From Heterodontus francisci (Eukaryota): 64,000 bases of DNA. Below the pieces are notes generated by a model that worked only from the letters and a program-made list of their open reading frames with translations, was not told the origin of the DNA and made no database searches. The stretch spans positions 12,451,384 to 12,515,383 of the forward strand of contig NC_090383.1 in the NCBI RefSeq assembly GCF_036365525.1. The letters run 5' to 3'. A program made the translations under genes and the position numbers. Each line of letters begins with the position of its first letter. The first letter of the stretch is position 1. Of this stretch, positions 11,905-23,724 are shown piece after piece.

Positions 11905-13278
11905 GCAGTCTGAAAATTCTAGAGTCCACTATCAAAGATTTTATAGCAGAGCACTTGGAAAACAGTGGCAGAATCGGACAGAGTCAGCATAGATTTACGA
12001 AAGGGAAATCATGCTCGACAAATCTACTAGAATTCTTCGAGGATGTAACTAGTAGAATTGATGAGGGGGAGCCAGTGGATGTGGTTTATTTTGACTTTCA
12101 GAAGGCTTTCAACAAAGTCCCACATACCAGATTAGCGTGTAAAATTAAAACGCATGGGATTGGGAGTAGTGTATTGCGATGGATAGAAAATTGGTTGGCA
12201 GACAGGAAACAAAGAGTAGGAATAAACTGGTCTTTTTCCGAATGGCAAGCAGTGACTAGTGGGGTACCACAGGGATTGGTACTAGGACCCCAGCTATTCA
12301 CAATATATATTAATGATTTAGATGAGGGAACTAAATGTAATTTCTCCAAATTTGCAGATGACACAAAACTGGGTGGGAGGGTGAGTTGTGAGGAGGATGC
12401 AGAGAGGCTTCAGGGTGATTTGGACAAGTTGAGTGAGTGGGCAAATGCATGGCAGATGCAGTATAATGTGGATAAATGTGAGGTTATCCACTTTGGTAGC
12501 AAAAACGGGAAGGCAGATTATTATCTGAACAGCTATAAACTGAGAGAGGGGAATATGCAGCAAGACCTGGGTGTTCTCGTACACCAGTCACTGAAGGTAA
12601 GCATGCAGGTGCAACAGGCGGTAAAAAGGGGAAATGGTATGTTGGCCTTCATAGTGAGAGGATTAAGAGTACAGTAGCAGGGATGTCTTGCTGTAATTAT
12701 ACAGGGCCTTGGTGAGGCTACACCTGGAATATTGTGTGCAGTTTTGTTTCCTTATCTGAGGAAGGATGTTCTTGCTATAGAGGGAGTGCAGCGAAGGTTT
12801 ACCAGACTGATTCCTGGGATGGCGGGACTGATGTATGAGGAGAGATTGAGGCGGTTAGGATTATATTCGCTGGAGTTCAGAAGAGTGAGGAGGGATCTCA
12901 TAGAAACCTATAAACTTCTAATAGGACTTGACAGGGTAGATGCAGGAAGGATGTTCCCGATGGTGGGGGAGTCCGGAACCAGGGGTCATAGTCTAAGGAT
13001 ATGGGGTAAACCTTTCAGGACTGAGATGAGGTGAAATTTCTTCACCCAGAGAGTGGCGAGCCTGTAGAATTCGCTACCACAGAAAGCAGTTGAGGCCAAA
13101 AGATTGTATGTTTTCAAGAAGGAGTTAGACATAGCTCTTGGGGCAAAAGGGATCAAAGGATATGGGAGGAAAGCGGGAACAGGTTACTGAGTTGGATGAT
13201 CAGCCATGATCATAATAAATGGCGGAGCAGGCTCGAAGGCCGAATGGCCTACTCCTGCTCCTATTTTCTATGTTTCTA
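11905..13278 (+). mobile_element. CR1 LINE, 5'-truncated, RT domain
   Basis: 258-aa ORF with NLLEFFE, DFQKAFNKVPH, SGVPQGLVLGP, KFADDTKLGG; tail tttctatgtttcta. Confidence 0.95.
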
Positions 13279-13417
13279 CGAGTAGAGAGTCCTTGGAAGT
13301 CAGCCAAATTTCTAAAGCCTGCAGACAGTAGGGTCCTATTTTAAAAAGAAGAAAACTGGGTGAGCATCATAATCATGTAGAAACACTGAGAACTACCCTC
13401 TAGAAACAAAGGCAGTT

Positions 13418-15312
13418 AGAGTCATAGAGTCATACAGTCATAGAGTTATACAGCACTGAAACAGGTCCTTTGGCCCATCATGTCTATGCCAGACATCAAG
13501 CACCTAACTATTCTAATCCCATTTTCCAGCACTTGGCCCGTAGCCTTGTATGCTATGGCATTTCAAGTGCTCATCTAAATAGTTCTTAAATGTTGTGAGG
13601 GTTCCTTCCCTTGCCACCCCTTCAGTCAGTGCATTGCAGATTCCAACCACCCTCTATGTGAAAAAAAATTTCCTCAAATCCCCTCTAAACCCCTACCCCT
13701 AACCTTAAATCTACGCCCCTGGTTATTGACCACTCCGCTAAGGGAAAAAGTTTCTTCCTATCTATCCTATCGATGCTCTCATAATTTTGTATACCTCAAT
13801 CAGGTCTCCCCTCAGCCTTCTCTGCTCTAAGGAAAACAACCCTAGCCTATGCAGTCTCTCTTCATAGCTGAAATATTCCAGCCCAGGCAACATCCTGCTG
13901 AATCTCCTCTGCACCCTCTCCAATGCAATCACATCCTTCCTATAGTGTGGTGCCCAGAACTGTACACAGTACTCCAGCTGTGGCCTAACTAGCGTTTTAT
14001 ACAGCTCCATCATAACCTCCCTACTCTTATATTCTATGTCTCGGCTAATAAAGGCAAGATTCCTAACCACCTTATCTACCTGTGTGCTGCCTTCAGTGAT
14101 TTATGGACAAGTACACCAAGATCCCTCTGACCCTCTGTACTTCCTAGGGTTCTACCATCCATTGTATATTCCCTTGCCTTGTTAGTCCTCCCAAAATGCA
14201 TCACCTCACACTTCTCAGGGTTAAATTCCATTTGCCACTGCTCCACCCATCTTACCAGCCCATCTATATCCTGTAATCTAAGGCTTTCCTCCTCACTATT
14301 TACGACACCACCAATTTTCATGTCAACTTACTGATCATACCTCCTATATTCATGCCTAAATCATTAATGTACACTACAAACAGCAAGGGTCCCAGCACCG
14401 ATTCCTGCGGTACACCACTGGTCACAGGCTTCCATTCGCAAAAACAACCCTCGACTATCACCCTCTGCCTCCTGCCACTAAGCCAATTTTGGATCCAATT
14501 TGCCAAATTGCCCTGGATCCCATGGGCTCTTACCTTCTTAACCAATCTCCCATGCGGGATCTTATCAAAAGCCTTACTGAAGTCCACGTAGACTACATCA
14601 ACTGCTTTACTCTCATCTACACATCTAATCACCACCTCAAAAAATTCAATCAAGTTAGTTAGACATGATCTCCCCCTGACAAAACCATGCTGACTATCCC
14701 TGATTAATCCCTGCCTCTCCAAGTGGAGATTAATCCTGTACCTCAGAATTTTTTCCAATAGTTTCCCTACCACTGATATTAGACTCACCGGCCTGTAATT
14801 ACCTGGTTTATCCCTGCTACCCTTCTTGAATAATGGTATCACATTTGCTGTCCTCCAGTCCTCTGGTACCTCTCCTGTGGCCAGAGAGGATTTGAAAATT
14901 TGTGTCAGAGCCCCTGCTATCTCCTCCCTTGCCTCACATAACAGCCTGGGATACATCTCATCTGGGCCTGGGGTTTTATCCACTTTTAAGCCTGCTAAAA
15001 CAGATAATACTTCCTCCCTTTCAATGCTAAAATGTTCAAGTATATCACAATCCCCCTCCCTGATCTCTACACCTACATCGTCCTTCTCCATAGTGAACAC
15101 AGATGAAAAGTAATCATTTAAAACCTCACCTATGTCCTCCGGCTCCACACACAAATTGCCACTTTGGTCCCTAATTCGCCCTACTCTTTCCCTGGTTATC
15201 CTCTTGCCCTTAATATACTTATAAAACGCCTCGGGATTTTCCTTTATCTTGCCCGCCATTGTTTTTTCATGTCCCCTCTTCGCTCTCCTAAATACTTTTT
15301 TAAGTACCCCCC
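13418..15312 (-). mobile_element. CR1 (HER1-like) LINE, 5'-truncated
   Basis: 394-aa ORF (chimeric N-terminus) with PGPDEMYPRLL, NYRPVSL, DFSKAFDKIPH, SGVPQESVLGP; frameshifts; (ctatgact)n tail. Confidence 0.95.
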
Positions 15313-15369
15313 TAGCAGGGCTCATAGCAAAGTCTAATGGCATCCTCAATGCCAATATCCGAGAAGGAT

Positions 15370-17090
15370 TTGACACAATGCAGAAAGTAGCATCAACTGC
15401 AGCTGTATGCCTCCCACTTTTCAGATATCTCCCTGTACGTGCTAATGGAAGAAGTGAGGGCCAGGAGGGAGAAGGTCTTCCCCAAAGGTCAGAATGAAGC
15501 ATGCCTGGACAGAAGTGGCTGAATTTATCAGTGCCAACAACATCATCACCAGGACATGGCTCAATGTAAGGAAACGTTCAATGAGCTCACAAGAGAAGCT
15601 AGAGTGAATACAGATTTTTTCCTTTCCAGTAATGTTCCCCCTATGATGCATGCATGCACAGTCACACAGAAATCTGGAATGTACTGTGCATTGAAATAAA
15701 TAGGTTGCTCACAACTTCGTGGCAGTTCAGTGACTTTTGAAATCTAAACTGCTCATGGACAAAAAAGTAGTACTCAGAGGAGTTTGCAGCCTACCCTGGA
15801 CAAAGAAAATTTAGAGTCAACATTAATCTCCAGCTATCTCAACAACACCTCTTAACAATCTTTTCAACAACATCCCACTGCTCTGAACTTCCCCTCCACC
15901 ACATAATTCACCACACAATCACAAGGGTACACTGCAATGCCTTTTTCTCAATCCAAGCATACTTCTTTCCTCTCTGCACCATGCTTTTCTCACATATACC
16001 ACTTGCATAACCACCAACTGCTCCCACCACTCCTTACTCACATCACATTACAAATATTTAGCTTTAGGTTCATTACCTCCCTTTCCTTAATCCATCTTGC
16101 TTCTTCGCTGCATCTCAACACATCCACTATATGCACAAGCCCCACACATCTGTACTTACCTTCTCAAAAAACACTCAGCAACTCTCACCCTCTCTTGTTG
16201 CAGGTCAAGACCACACACAATGCCAGTGGGAGGACCAAGGTGGGAGGAGGACACCCCAATCTTATCACCCGCAAGAGATGGGAGATCGATGGCCATGTGT
16301 AACAGGGAAAGAGAGTCTGGTGGTTTATCTAAGTAGGATCTGTATACTATTTGTACTGCTTCATTCAACAGATATAAAAAAAGCTTCACAACACCACGGT
16401 ATATTCTCAAGACTGTTCACTGAAAACATCTTGCTTCTAACTGTCATCCTAGCTTCTTTCACTTTTCTTTCTTCCAGGTACTTCTCAACAGCAAGAGGCC
16501 ACTGCAGAAGACACCTCAGAAGAAAACAATCCTCCTAAGGAGGGACTGTAAAATGCTGCAACCCTCCTAGGAACCAGCTCAGACACTGGCACTCTTTGTG
16601 GAGTAGATAGTAAGCCAGAGGGGGGTTGCATGTGATAAAATACCCAGCATGAGTTGGCAGCAGCAGGGAATGGTGGCAAGGACAGCACAGAAGAGTACTC
16701 ATTGGAAGGAGAGGCGCTCTCCCAGCTCTGCTGTAGAGGACAGAGATGAGGCCCAGTCAAGAGAAGAAAACTGCTGGTCCCATTGAGGTATTGGAAGCCA
16801 TGTCAAGGAATTTCACCACAGTGGTTGAGAGTGTGGAGAAGTCTGTTTCCAGTCTGTGGTATCATCTCCCAGGACATGATGACTCTACAGTCTACACTGG
16901 AAAGTCTGGATATCTCCAACATTGTTGCAGATGCACAAGGTGTTCATGTTCATTTTGCAGCATTGGTGGAAGCTTAAAAAGCTGCTATTGCAGACTCTGA
17001 GCTCTACAAAAGAGAGACTGATGGATTGACTTGACAAGGGCTTGGAAGAAATCCCTCATCTTCTGCACTCTGCTCGCCAATAGTTTTGGA
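15370..17090 (+). pseudogene. Decayed Harbinger accessory Myb/SANT-like gene (3 exon remnants)
   Basis: 15420-15603 reads as broken L.VLMEEVRARREKVFP...AWTEVAE.ISA....RTW.QC.KRFN.L; acceptor ctcttgttgcag| at 16203 followed by KTTHNAS.RTKVGGG; acceptor cttccag| at 16477. Same layout as 26.2-28.3 kb. Confidence 0.65.
15630..15825. mobile_element. Old hAT-like MITE
   Basis: Imperfect TIRs taatgttccccctat / ttagagtcaacatta; degenerate 8-bp flanks ctttccag / atctccag. Confidence 0.4.
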
Positions 17091-17099
17091 AGATCATGA

Positions 17100-19020
17100 C
17101 CAGAGCATCTACAATTTCCTCACCTACTTTTTTTAAATACACTGGGAAAATCATTAGGAACGAGAGATTTATCTATCTTTATTTTCTTGTTTTCTCCATT
17201 CCTTTTTTTAAAAACTTATATTAAATCTAGCAAGTTTCTTCCATTGATTTATTTTTAGTTCTGTTTATAATGTCTTTGGTACTTGTTTCTTATCCTGTAC
17301 TGGGAAGACTAATACAGGGTAAATATTTTGCAAGTCTCCCATTTCCTGATCTTAATTACAATATCTGCATCTGTTTTTTAAGTCATTACTCTGAACCATC
17401 TCTTGCTCTTAATATACTTGTAAAAAACTTTAGTGCTGGCCTTGATAGCCCTCGCAAATTTTTTCTCATTACCTTTTTGCAGTTCATATTACTTTCTTTG
17501 TATCCCTTTGCTGTTCTTTAAATCTCTCCATGTCTACAGGATCTCGGCTGAATGATTACTTCCTTCAAGTATTCACAAGGAAAACTGTGAACAACATGCC
17601 CTTCCCAAAGTTAATCCAGGCAAAATTGGTGACCTTGACATAGATGACAGCGAAGTCTTAGGCAGGTGAAAAGGGTAAAGAATGAAAAGAATGAATCAAT
17701 GTGAATAGATGTTATTTATAAGAATGCTATAAGAAACTAAAGACAAGATTTGCCAGCCACAGACAATTTTTCTGAAGGAGTCACTTGGACACTGGGGAGG
17801 TAACAGTAGGTTGCCAACAGGCAACATTTGTTGCCCATATTCTAAAAAGTTGATTAAATGAAAAACAGGCAACCTCAGACCCATCAGTCTTTCGCAATTC
17901 TGTGCAAAATAATGGGAACAATTAGCAGATGCAAACTTAAAGTTCATGGAACAATAAAAAAAAAGTTAACAGCAGTTTACATGGATTCAGAAAATGAAGA
18001 TCTTGCTTGACCAACCTCGTTGACTTTTTTCATAGAGTAATAGCCCAAGTGGACTATAGTCAGCCAGAAGACATTTGACAAAGTTTTGCATAGAATTATA
18101 TCGGCAATAAGCTGTGAAGGTTCAGGTAAGAATTCAGGATGAACTTTGGTATGATAAGAAATTGCCTCAAGAACAGAAAACAGCGGGGTATTTATAGAAG
18201 TTATGTTGAAGTTAAATTTGCAGGTGATACCAAAGTAGAAGGACTGTGGAATTGGACAAGGTAGCTCTGAAGTTACAAAAATGAGTTGAACAAAATTTAT
18301 AAGCAGCAAAATGGCAGATAAAATGTAATAGGGACAAGTATAAAGTACTGCACACAGAAAGGAAAAATGACTAATACATGCACTCCCTAAATTATGTTGT
18401 AATTGTTACATGCGAAGTTGAAAAAAAACCTAAAAGTTTAAATAGAATCTATGGACAACATATCCAACTAATGTAGAGCAGCAATTAACAAAGTCAACAG
18501 AAAGTTGAAACTGTACAACCAAAACAGTAGAATATAGTCCACATTCAGTACTCTGCAGAGTGCTGTGCAGAGTTCTAGTCACTGAATCATTTAAGTCTTG
18601 GAGGCAGTACAGTAAAGAAGCCACAAAGCTGGAACCTAGTCTTAGAACTCTTGAGCCATAGAGGAAGACTAGCCTGGAAAATAGGCACCCAAGAGGATCT
18701 TATAGAGTAAGATTGCAAACAATATTGAAAAGGTAAATATTGAAAGTTATTCCACATTAAATTGTGGGGGTAAAATAAGGGACCACAGGTTCAAACCACC
18801 AAAGGGTATATTTGAGATTGATATAAATAAGTCTGTCTTTGCACAATGAGTTGTCAACACATGGAATAGTCTCCTCCTGAATGGATTAGTGGAGGTAAAA
18901 ATCCTGGAATAACTTAAGAACCAATTAGACGCTGCAGTGGGAGGTTTTTAGGGTCATTCTGGATAAATGAACTGAGGCACTGAATAGCCTTTCTCATCCA
19001 AATTATCTTGTGCTCGTGTC
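17100..19020. mobile_element. Two heavily decayed CR1 fragments (minus about 17100-17600, plus about 17620-19020)
   Basis: Degenerate ESLDTGEV, RPISL, HGFR..RSCLTNL.DFF, KTFDKV, KFAGDTK, FAQ*VVNTWNSL motifs. Confidence 0.65.
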
Positions 19021-19320
19021 TGTCAAATCTAAATGTCATAAACTCCCAGATAGAAGCTTATAAATCTAGGGGTAACAAAAACTTCTAATTTTACTTTGTT
19101 CTTGCCAACCTTTCATTCCTTGAAGTGTGAAAAAGGTCTTTTAACTTAAATCTAATATCTCAACTGGTTTCACAATAGTTATTAGTGTGAAACCTCCCTG
19201 AAAATGGTCATGAGCTAACTTCCTTGCTAACCCAAAACAACTGGATTGTAATTTTTATCTCACTCGAGTTTACGGGACTAGCGATATTGATAAACATCTT
19301 TGAAAATATCTGTTGCATAC

Positions 19321-19505
19321 CTGTATTTACTGTGAGCATCAATGAGGAAACAGGGTTAACAGTAGAATCTGAAGTGCATTCAGTAATATTTTCATCAGAA
19401 ATCAGCTCACCACCTACATCTGGTAAGCTGTATGTAGCTGGTAGCTCCAATACACTGTTCAACTCTGATGAATTGCTTGATAAAACTTCATTTGTAGTCA
19501 TGATC
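19321..19505 (-). CDS. Putative internal coding exon of unidentified divergent gene (IMTTNEVLSS...LTVNT)
   Basis: Acceptor attctcctctaacag|, donor cag|gtatgc, 185 nt fully open, non-repetitive; phase 2 to phase 1. Confidence 0.5.
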
Positions 19506-19599
19506 CTGTTAGAGGAGAATGATGAGTTAATTTATAGACTTCTAAATGCATACTAAATGCTACACAATGCAAGGTGCACTTATCGTCCATAGCAACTCT

Positions 19600-21065
19600 G
19601 CTTTTAAAAAAACCATATGGCTGCTTAAGATGCAATCATTCACAGCTCTGAGTCAGATAGAAGTTCATCCTGCTGCCTGGTACAATATTTATCCCTCAAG
19701 GAAGATTATTAAAACAGATTACCTCATTGATGTTTATGGGAGCTTGCTGTACACAAATTGGCTGCCATGTTTCCTACATTAAAATAGTGACTACACTTCA
19801 GAAGTACTTCATTGGCTGTAAAGCACTTAATTTTTAAAATTTGATTCATGGGATGTAGGTGTTGCTGGCAAAACCAGCATTTGTTGCCTATTCCTAATTG
19901 CTCAAGAAGGTGGTGGTGAGCTGCTTTTTTGAACCGCTGCAGTTCATCTCGTGCTGTGAGGGAGGGAGTTCCAGGATTTAGACCCAGCGACAGGGAAGAA
20001 ACAGCGATATATTTCCAAGTCAGGATAGTGTGTGACTTGGAGGCAAACTTGCAGGTGATGGTATTCCCATGCGCCTGCTGTCCTTGTCTTCCTAGGTGGA
20101 AGTGGTCGCTAGTTTGGAAGGTGCTGTTGAAGGAGGCATGGTGAATTGCTGCAGCTCATCTTGTAGATGATACACTGTGCATCAGTGATGGAGGGACTGA
20201 ACGTTTAAGGTGGTGGAGTGGTGCCAATCAAGCGGGCTGCTTTGTCCTGGATGGTGCCGAGCTTCCAGAGTGTTGTTGGAACCACACTTATCCAGGCAAG
20301 TGGAGAGTATTCCATCACACTCCTGACGTGCCTTGTAGATGGTAGACAGGCTTTGGGGAGTCAGGAGGTGGGTTAATCACTGCAGAATTCCTTGCCTCTG
20401 ACCTACTCTTGTAACCACAGTATTTATGTGGCTACTACAGTTCAGTTTCTGGTCAATGGTAACCCCCAGGATGTTGATAGTGGGGGTTCAGCAATGGTAA
20501 TGCTGTTGAATGACAAGGAGGTATGGTTAGATTCTCTCTTGTTGGAGATGGTCATTGCCTGGCATTTTTGTGGCGCAAGTGTTACTTGCCACCTATCAAC
20601 CCAAGCCTGAATGTTGTACAAGTCTTGCTGCATATGGACACTGACTACTTCAGTATCTAAGGAGTTGCAAAATATACTGAACATCATACAATCATCAGCG
20701 AACATCCCCACTTCTGACATTATGATGGAGGGAAGGTCATTGATGAAGCAGCGGAAGATGGTTGGTCGAGGACACTACCCAGAGAAACCCCTGCAGCAAT
20801 GTCCTAGGGCTGAGATGATTGGCCTCCAACAACCACAACCATCTTCCTTTGTGCTAGGTATGACTCCAACCAGTGGAGAGTTTTCCCCGATTCCCATTGA
20901 CTTCAATTTGGCTAGGGCTCCTTGACGCCACACTCGGTCAAATGCTGCTTTGATATCAAGGGCAATCACTCTCGCCTCACCTGCAAGTCTTTCTTCTCAA
21001 TTGAATATAAAGTGCTTTGGAACATCCTGAAATTGTGAAAGGCACTATATAATTGCAAGTTTTTC
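19600..21065 (+). mobile_element. Deu-SINE (SacSINE1-like) split by LINE family X
   Basis: aatatttatccctcaa...gggagcttgctgtacacaaattggctgcc...gtacttcattggctgtaaagcactt, with L2-type tail resuming near 21008-21060. Confidence 0.65.
19830..20985 (-). mobile_element. APE-RT LINE family X, 5'-truncated
   Basis: IALDIKAAFDRVW, GMFADDC, WQVTLAPQKCQAMTI motifs; shared 3' end. Confidence 0.88.
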
Positions 21066-21631
21066 TTTCAGTTACTTTACTGGTTTATTCTTTCCTCACT
21101 CTTGAGTTTATTTAGAGGATTTCCACTAGAAATGTAAACATAGGAACTTATAGGGGTAATGTGATAAAAAGAATGACAACAGGAAGCAAGTTTTGTAGAC
21201 AGGAAGTGTGTGCAGATTTAATTTTTTTTTAAAATAAGCTGAAGATAGTTAAATAGTGATAGTGACTGCAAGGTGGAAATGTGAGTAGAGTTAGTTGAGC
21301 ATCAAACTTTCTGTGCAATATAAGCTGAGATGAGACACAAAACTGAAATGTTATAGAGCCACCACTGCTCCAAGCGTATACGTGCAGTATGACAAGTTTA
21401 CATAGATAATTGCTATTATAAGTGTAGACATAGGAATTTATAATGAGGGAAGGAAGGAATAGTGCCAGCTTGAATGGGGGTAGTGGAAGAAAAGATACCA
21501 GTTTGAATTGCGGTGGACTAATGGAAGAGTGCATTGAGAAGGAAGAAGAATCGCATGATTGGAGGAGGAAAGAACGTCTCTGCGAAAGGATTGGATGTTG
21601 GATGAGGTGTCACTGTGAACTGGTTCTAAAA

Positions 21632-22850
21632 CAACAATTCGCATTTATTTAGTGCCTTTTACATAGTAAATTGTCCCATGGCACTTCACAGGAATGTTAT
21701 CAATCAAAACTTGACACCAAACCACATAAGTAGGTATTCGGACAGATAACCAAAGTTTAGTGAAATAGCTAGGTTTTGAAGAGCACTTAGGAGGAAAGAG
21801 AGGTGGAGAGGTTTAGTGGGGGGGAATTCGAGAGGTTAGGTCTTTGGTAGCTGAAAGCATGGTTGCAAATGGTGGAACAATTAAAATTGGGGTGCAAAAG
21901 AAGCCAGAATTGAAGGAGCGCATATATCTTGGCAGGTTGTATGGCTGGAGGAGGTTCCAGAGATAGGGAGGGGTGAGGTCATGGTGGGATTTGAGAAAAG
22001 GAATAAGAATTTTAAAATTGAGACATTGTTCAACCAAGAATTAATGTAGGTCAGCAAATACAGGGGTGATGGGTGTGAGTTAGGATCAGGACAGTAGAGT
22101 TTTGGATGAGCTTAAGTTTATGGAGGGTGGAAGATGGAAGTTCAACCAGGAGTGCATTGGAATAGTCAAGTCTAGAGATAAAAAAGGCATGGTTGCAGCA
22201 GCAGGTGAGTTAAGGCAGGGGCGGAGTCAGGCAACATTACAGAAGTAGAAGCTGACAGTCTTAGTTACAGCAAGGATACGTGGTATATGTTCATCTCTGG
22301 GTCAAATGTGACATCAAGTGTGCGAACAGCCTGGTTCAGCTTTAGACAGTTGTCAAGGAGAGGAATGGAGTCGGTGGCTCGGGAACAAAGTTTGTGACTG
22401 GGAACATGGCTCCGGCATTCCCAACATTTAGCTTGAGAAAATTTAATCCAGTACTGCATATCCGACAAGCAGTCTGGCAATTTAGAGACACTGACATTGT
22501 GTTTTCAGATGATGTCACCAGGTATATAGAGGAGAAACAGGAGGGGGCCTCCAGAAGTAATAGTCCAGGAGCAGGAAGAGAAGCCATTGCAGGTGATACT
22601 GACTAAGACTGTATAGATAAGAGTGGAAGCAGGTGAGTGCAATCCCACCCAGCTGGACGACAGAGAGGCATTGGAGGAGAATGATGTGGCCAATCATGTC
22701 AAAGGCTGCAGAAATATCGAGAAGGCACGAGGAGGGATTAATTTTGATCAGAGCCGTTTCAGGACTGTGGCAGGGCTGGAAACCTGATTGGATGGATTCA
22801 AGCATGGAGTTCTGGGAAAGATGGGCATGAATCTGGGAGGTGACAACATG
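21632..22850 (-). mobile_element. L2 LINE fragment
   Basis: ESIQSGFQPCHSPETAL, LLDISAAFDMI, LNFKILI motifs; L2 3' tail aaaggcactaaataaatgc. Confidence 0.85.
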
Positions 22851-22854
22851 TTAC

Positions 22855-22894
22855 CTGGAATAGCTACTACTATAAAATGTTGTTTTCTCAGCTG
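22855..22894 (-). CDS. Putative 40-nt internal exon of divergent gene ((A)AEKTTFYSSSYS(R))
   Basis: Acceptor ctctgctctcttcag|cag (NAGNAG), donor cag|gtaaca; phase 1 to 2 bridges the neighbouring candidate exons. Confidence 0.35.
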
Positions 22895-23724
22895 CTGAAG
22901 AGAGCAGAGTGACTCAATGGCTTGCTGCTTTTTTAAAATTGTTCATTACAAATCTGGGTAGGTACATTCCCCACTCAATTCATAATACAATACTTGTAAA
23001 AGCCAGAGGTTTGTGTCAAAGATTCACTGATCTCAGCCAGCCACATGCCTCCTCAGAGGGGGAAATACTGCACAAGGAAATTGTTCCTGGACCTCTAAAA
23101 TGTAGATTCTTGCCGGCAGTGAAGAACGGCATTTCAAGAGAAATTTGAGCAGATTAATAGTAAAGGCATAATGTCACAGGGATTATGTCCTCATTTTTAA
23201 GTAATTATCAAAGCTCACCATTGCTCTGGTTGCCTGTACACCTAAGCCCTTCATATCTCATAACATTCAGCTAGTCGGCACGTAAAACAGACAGCTGTTT
23301 CTGATTGAGACTTCTGCTTTTCTGAAGCATCCGTCCATATGTTGATGTTTTGCAATGGAACTATGGCTATGAGTCATGGGTCACACCCTTCACTCAGCAT
23401 TAAAAAAAACCTTGTTAGTTTCAGGATCCTGCTTTGCATAATAGTTTCTATTGAATAGATGACTATGCATTTGTTCGGACAATTATATGCTTTTGTTGCA
23501 TATGCAGACAGTGTCACGTGAAAAAGAGGACGTAGACACACCCTTGACAAGTAAGTACATCTCAAAAATACTAAAGCTTTTCTTTTACTCCAGATAGGAT
23601 GACAAATAATGGAAACATTTAGGGCTGGATTTTGTGCAGCCACCGAGGGTGGGAACGTGGCGTGGTGGCAGAGAGAATCACAATACAGCATCTGCCCAGA
23701 AATCCGGTGTCACGATGCCAGTTC

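Noticed and set aside
14318-15502. 394-aa ORF as an intact RT gene
   Set aside because: The N-terminal part is antisense read-through of non-CR1 sequence, and the RT is frameshifted before the catalytic motif; a dead CR1.
17100-19020. Opposed CR1 fragments as another 5' inversion
   Set aside because: The two parts overlap in ORF position and differ in decay and family character; more likely separate insertions.
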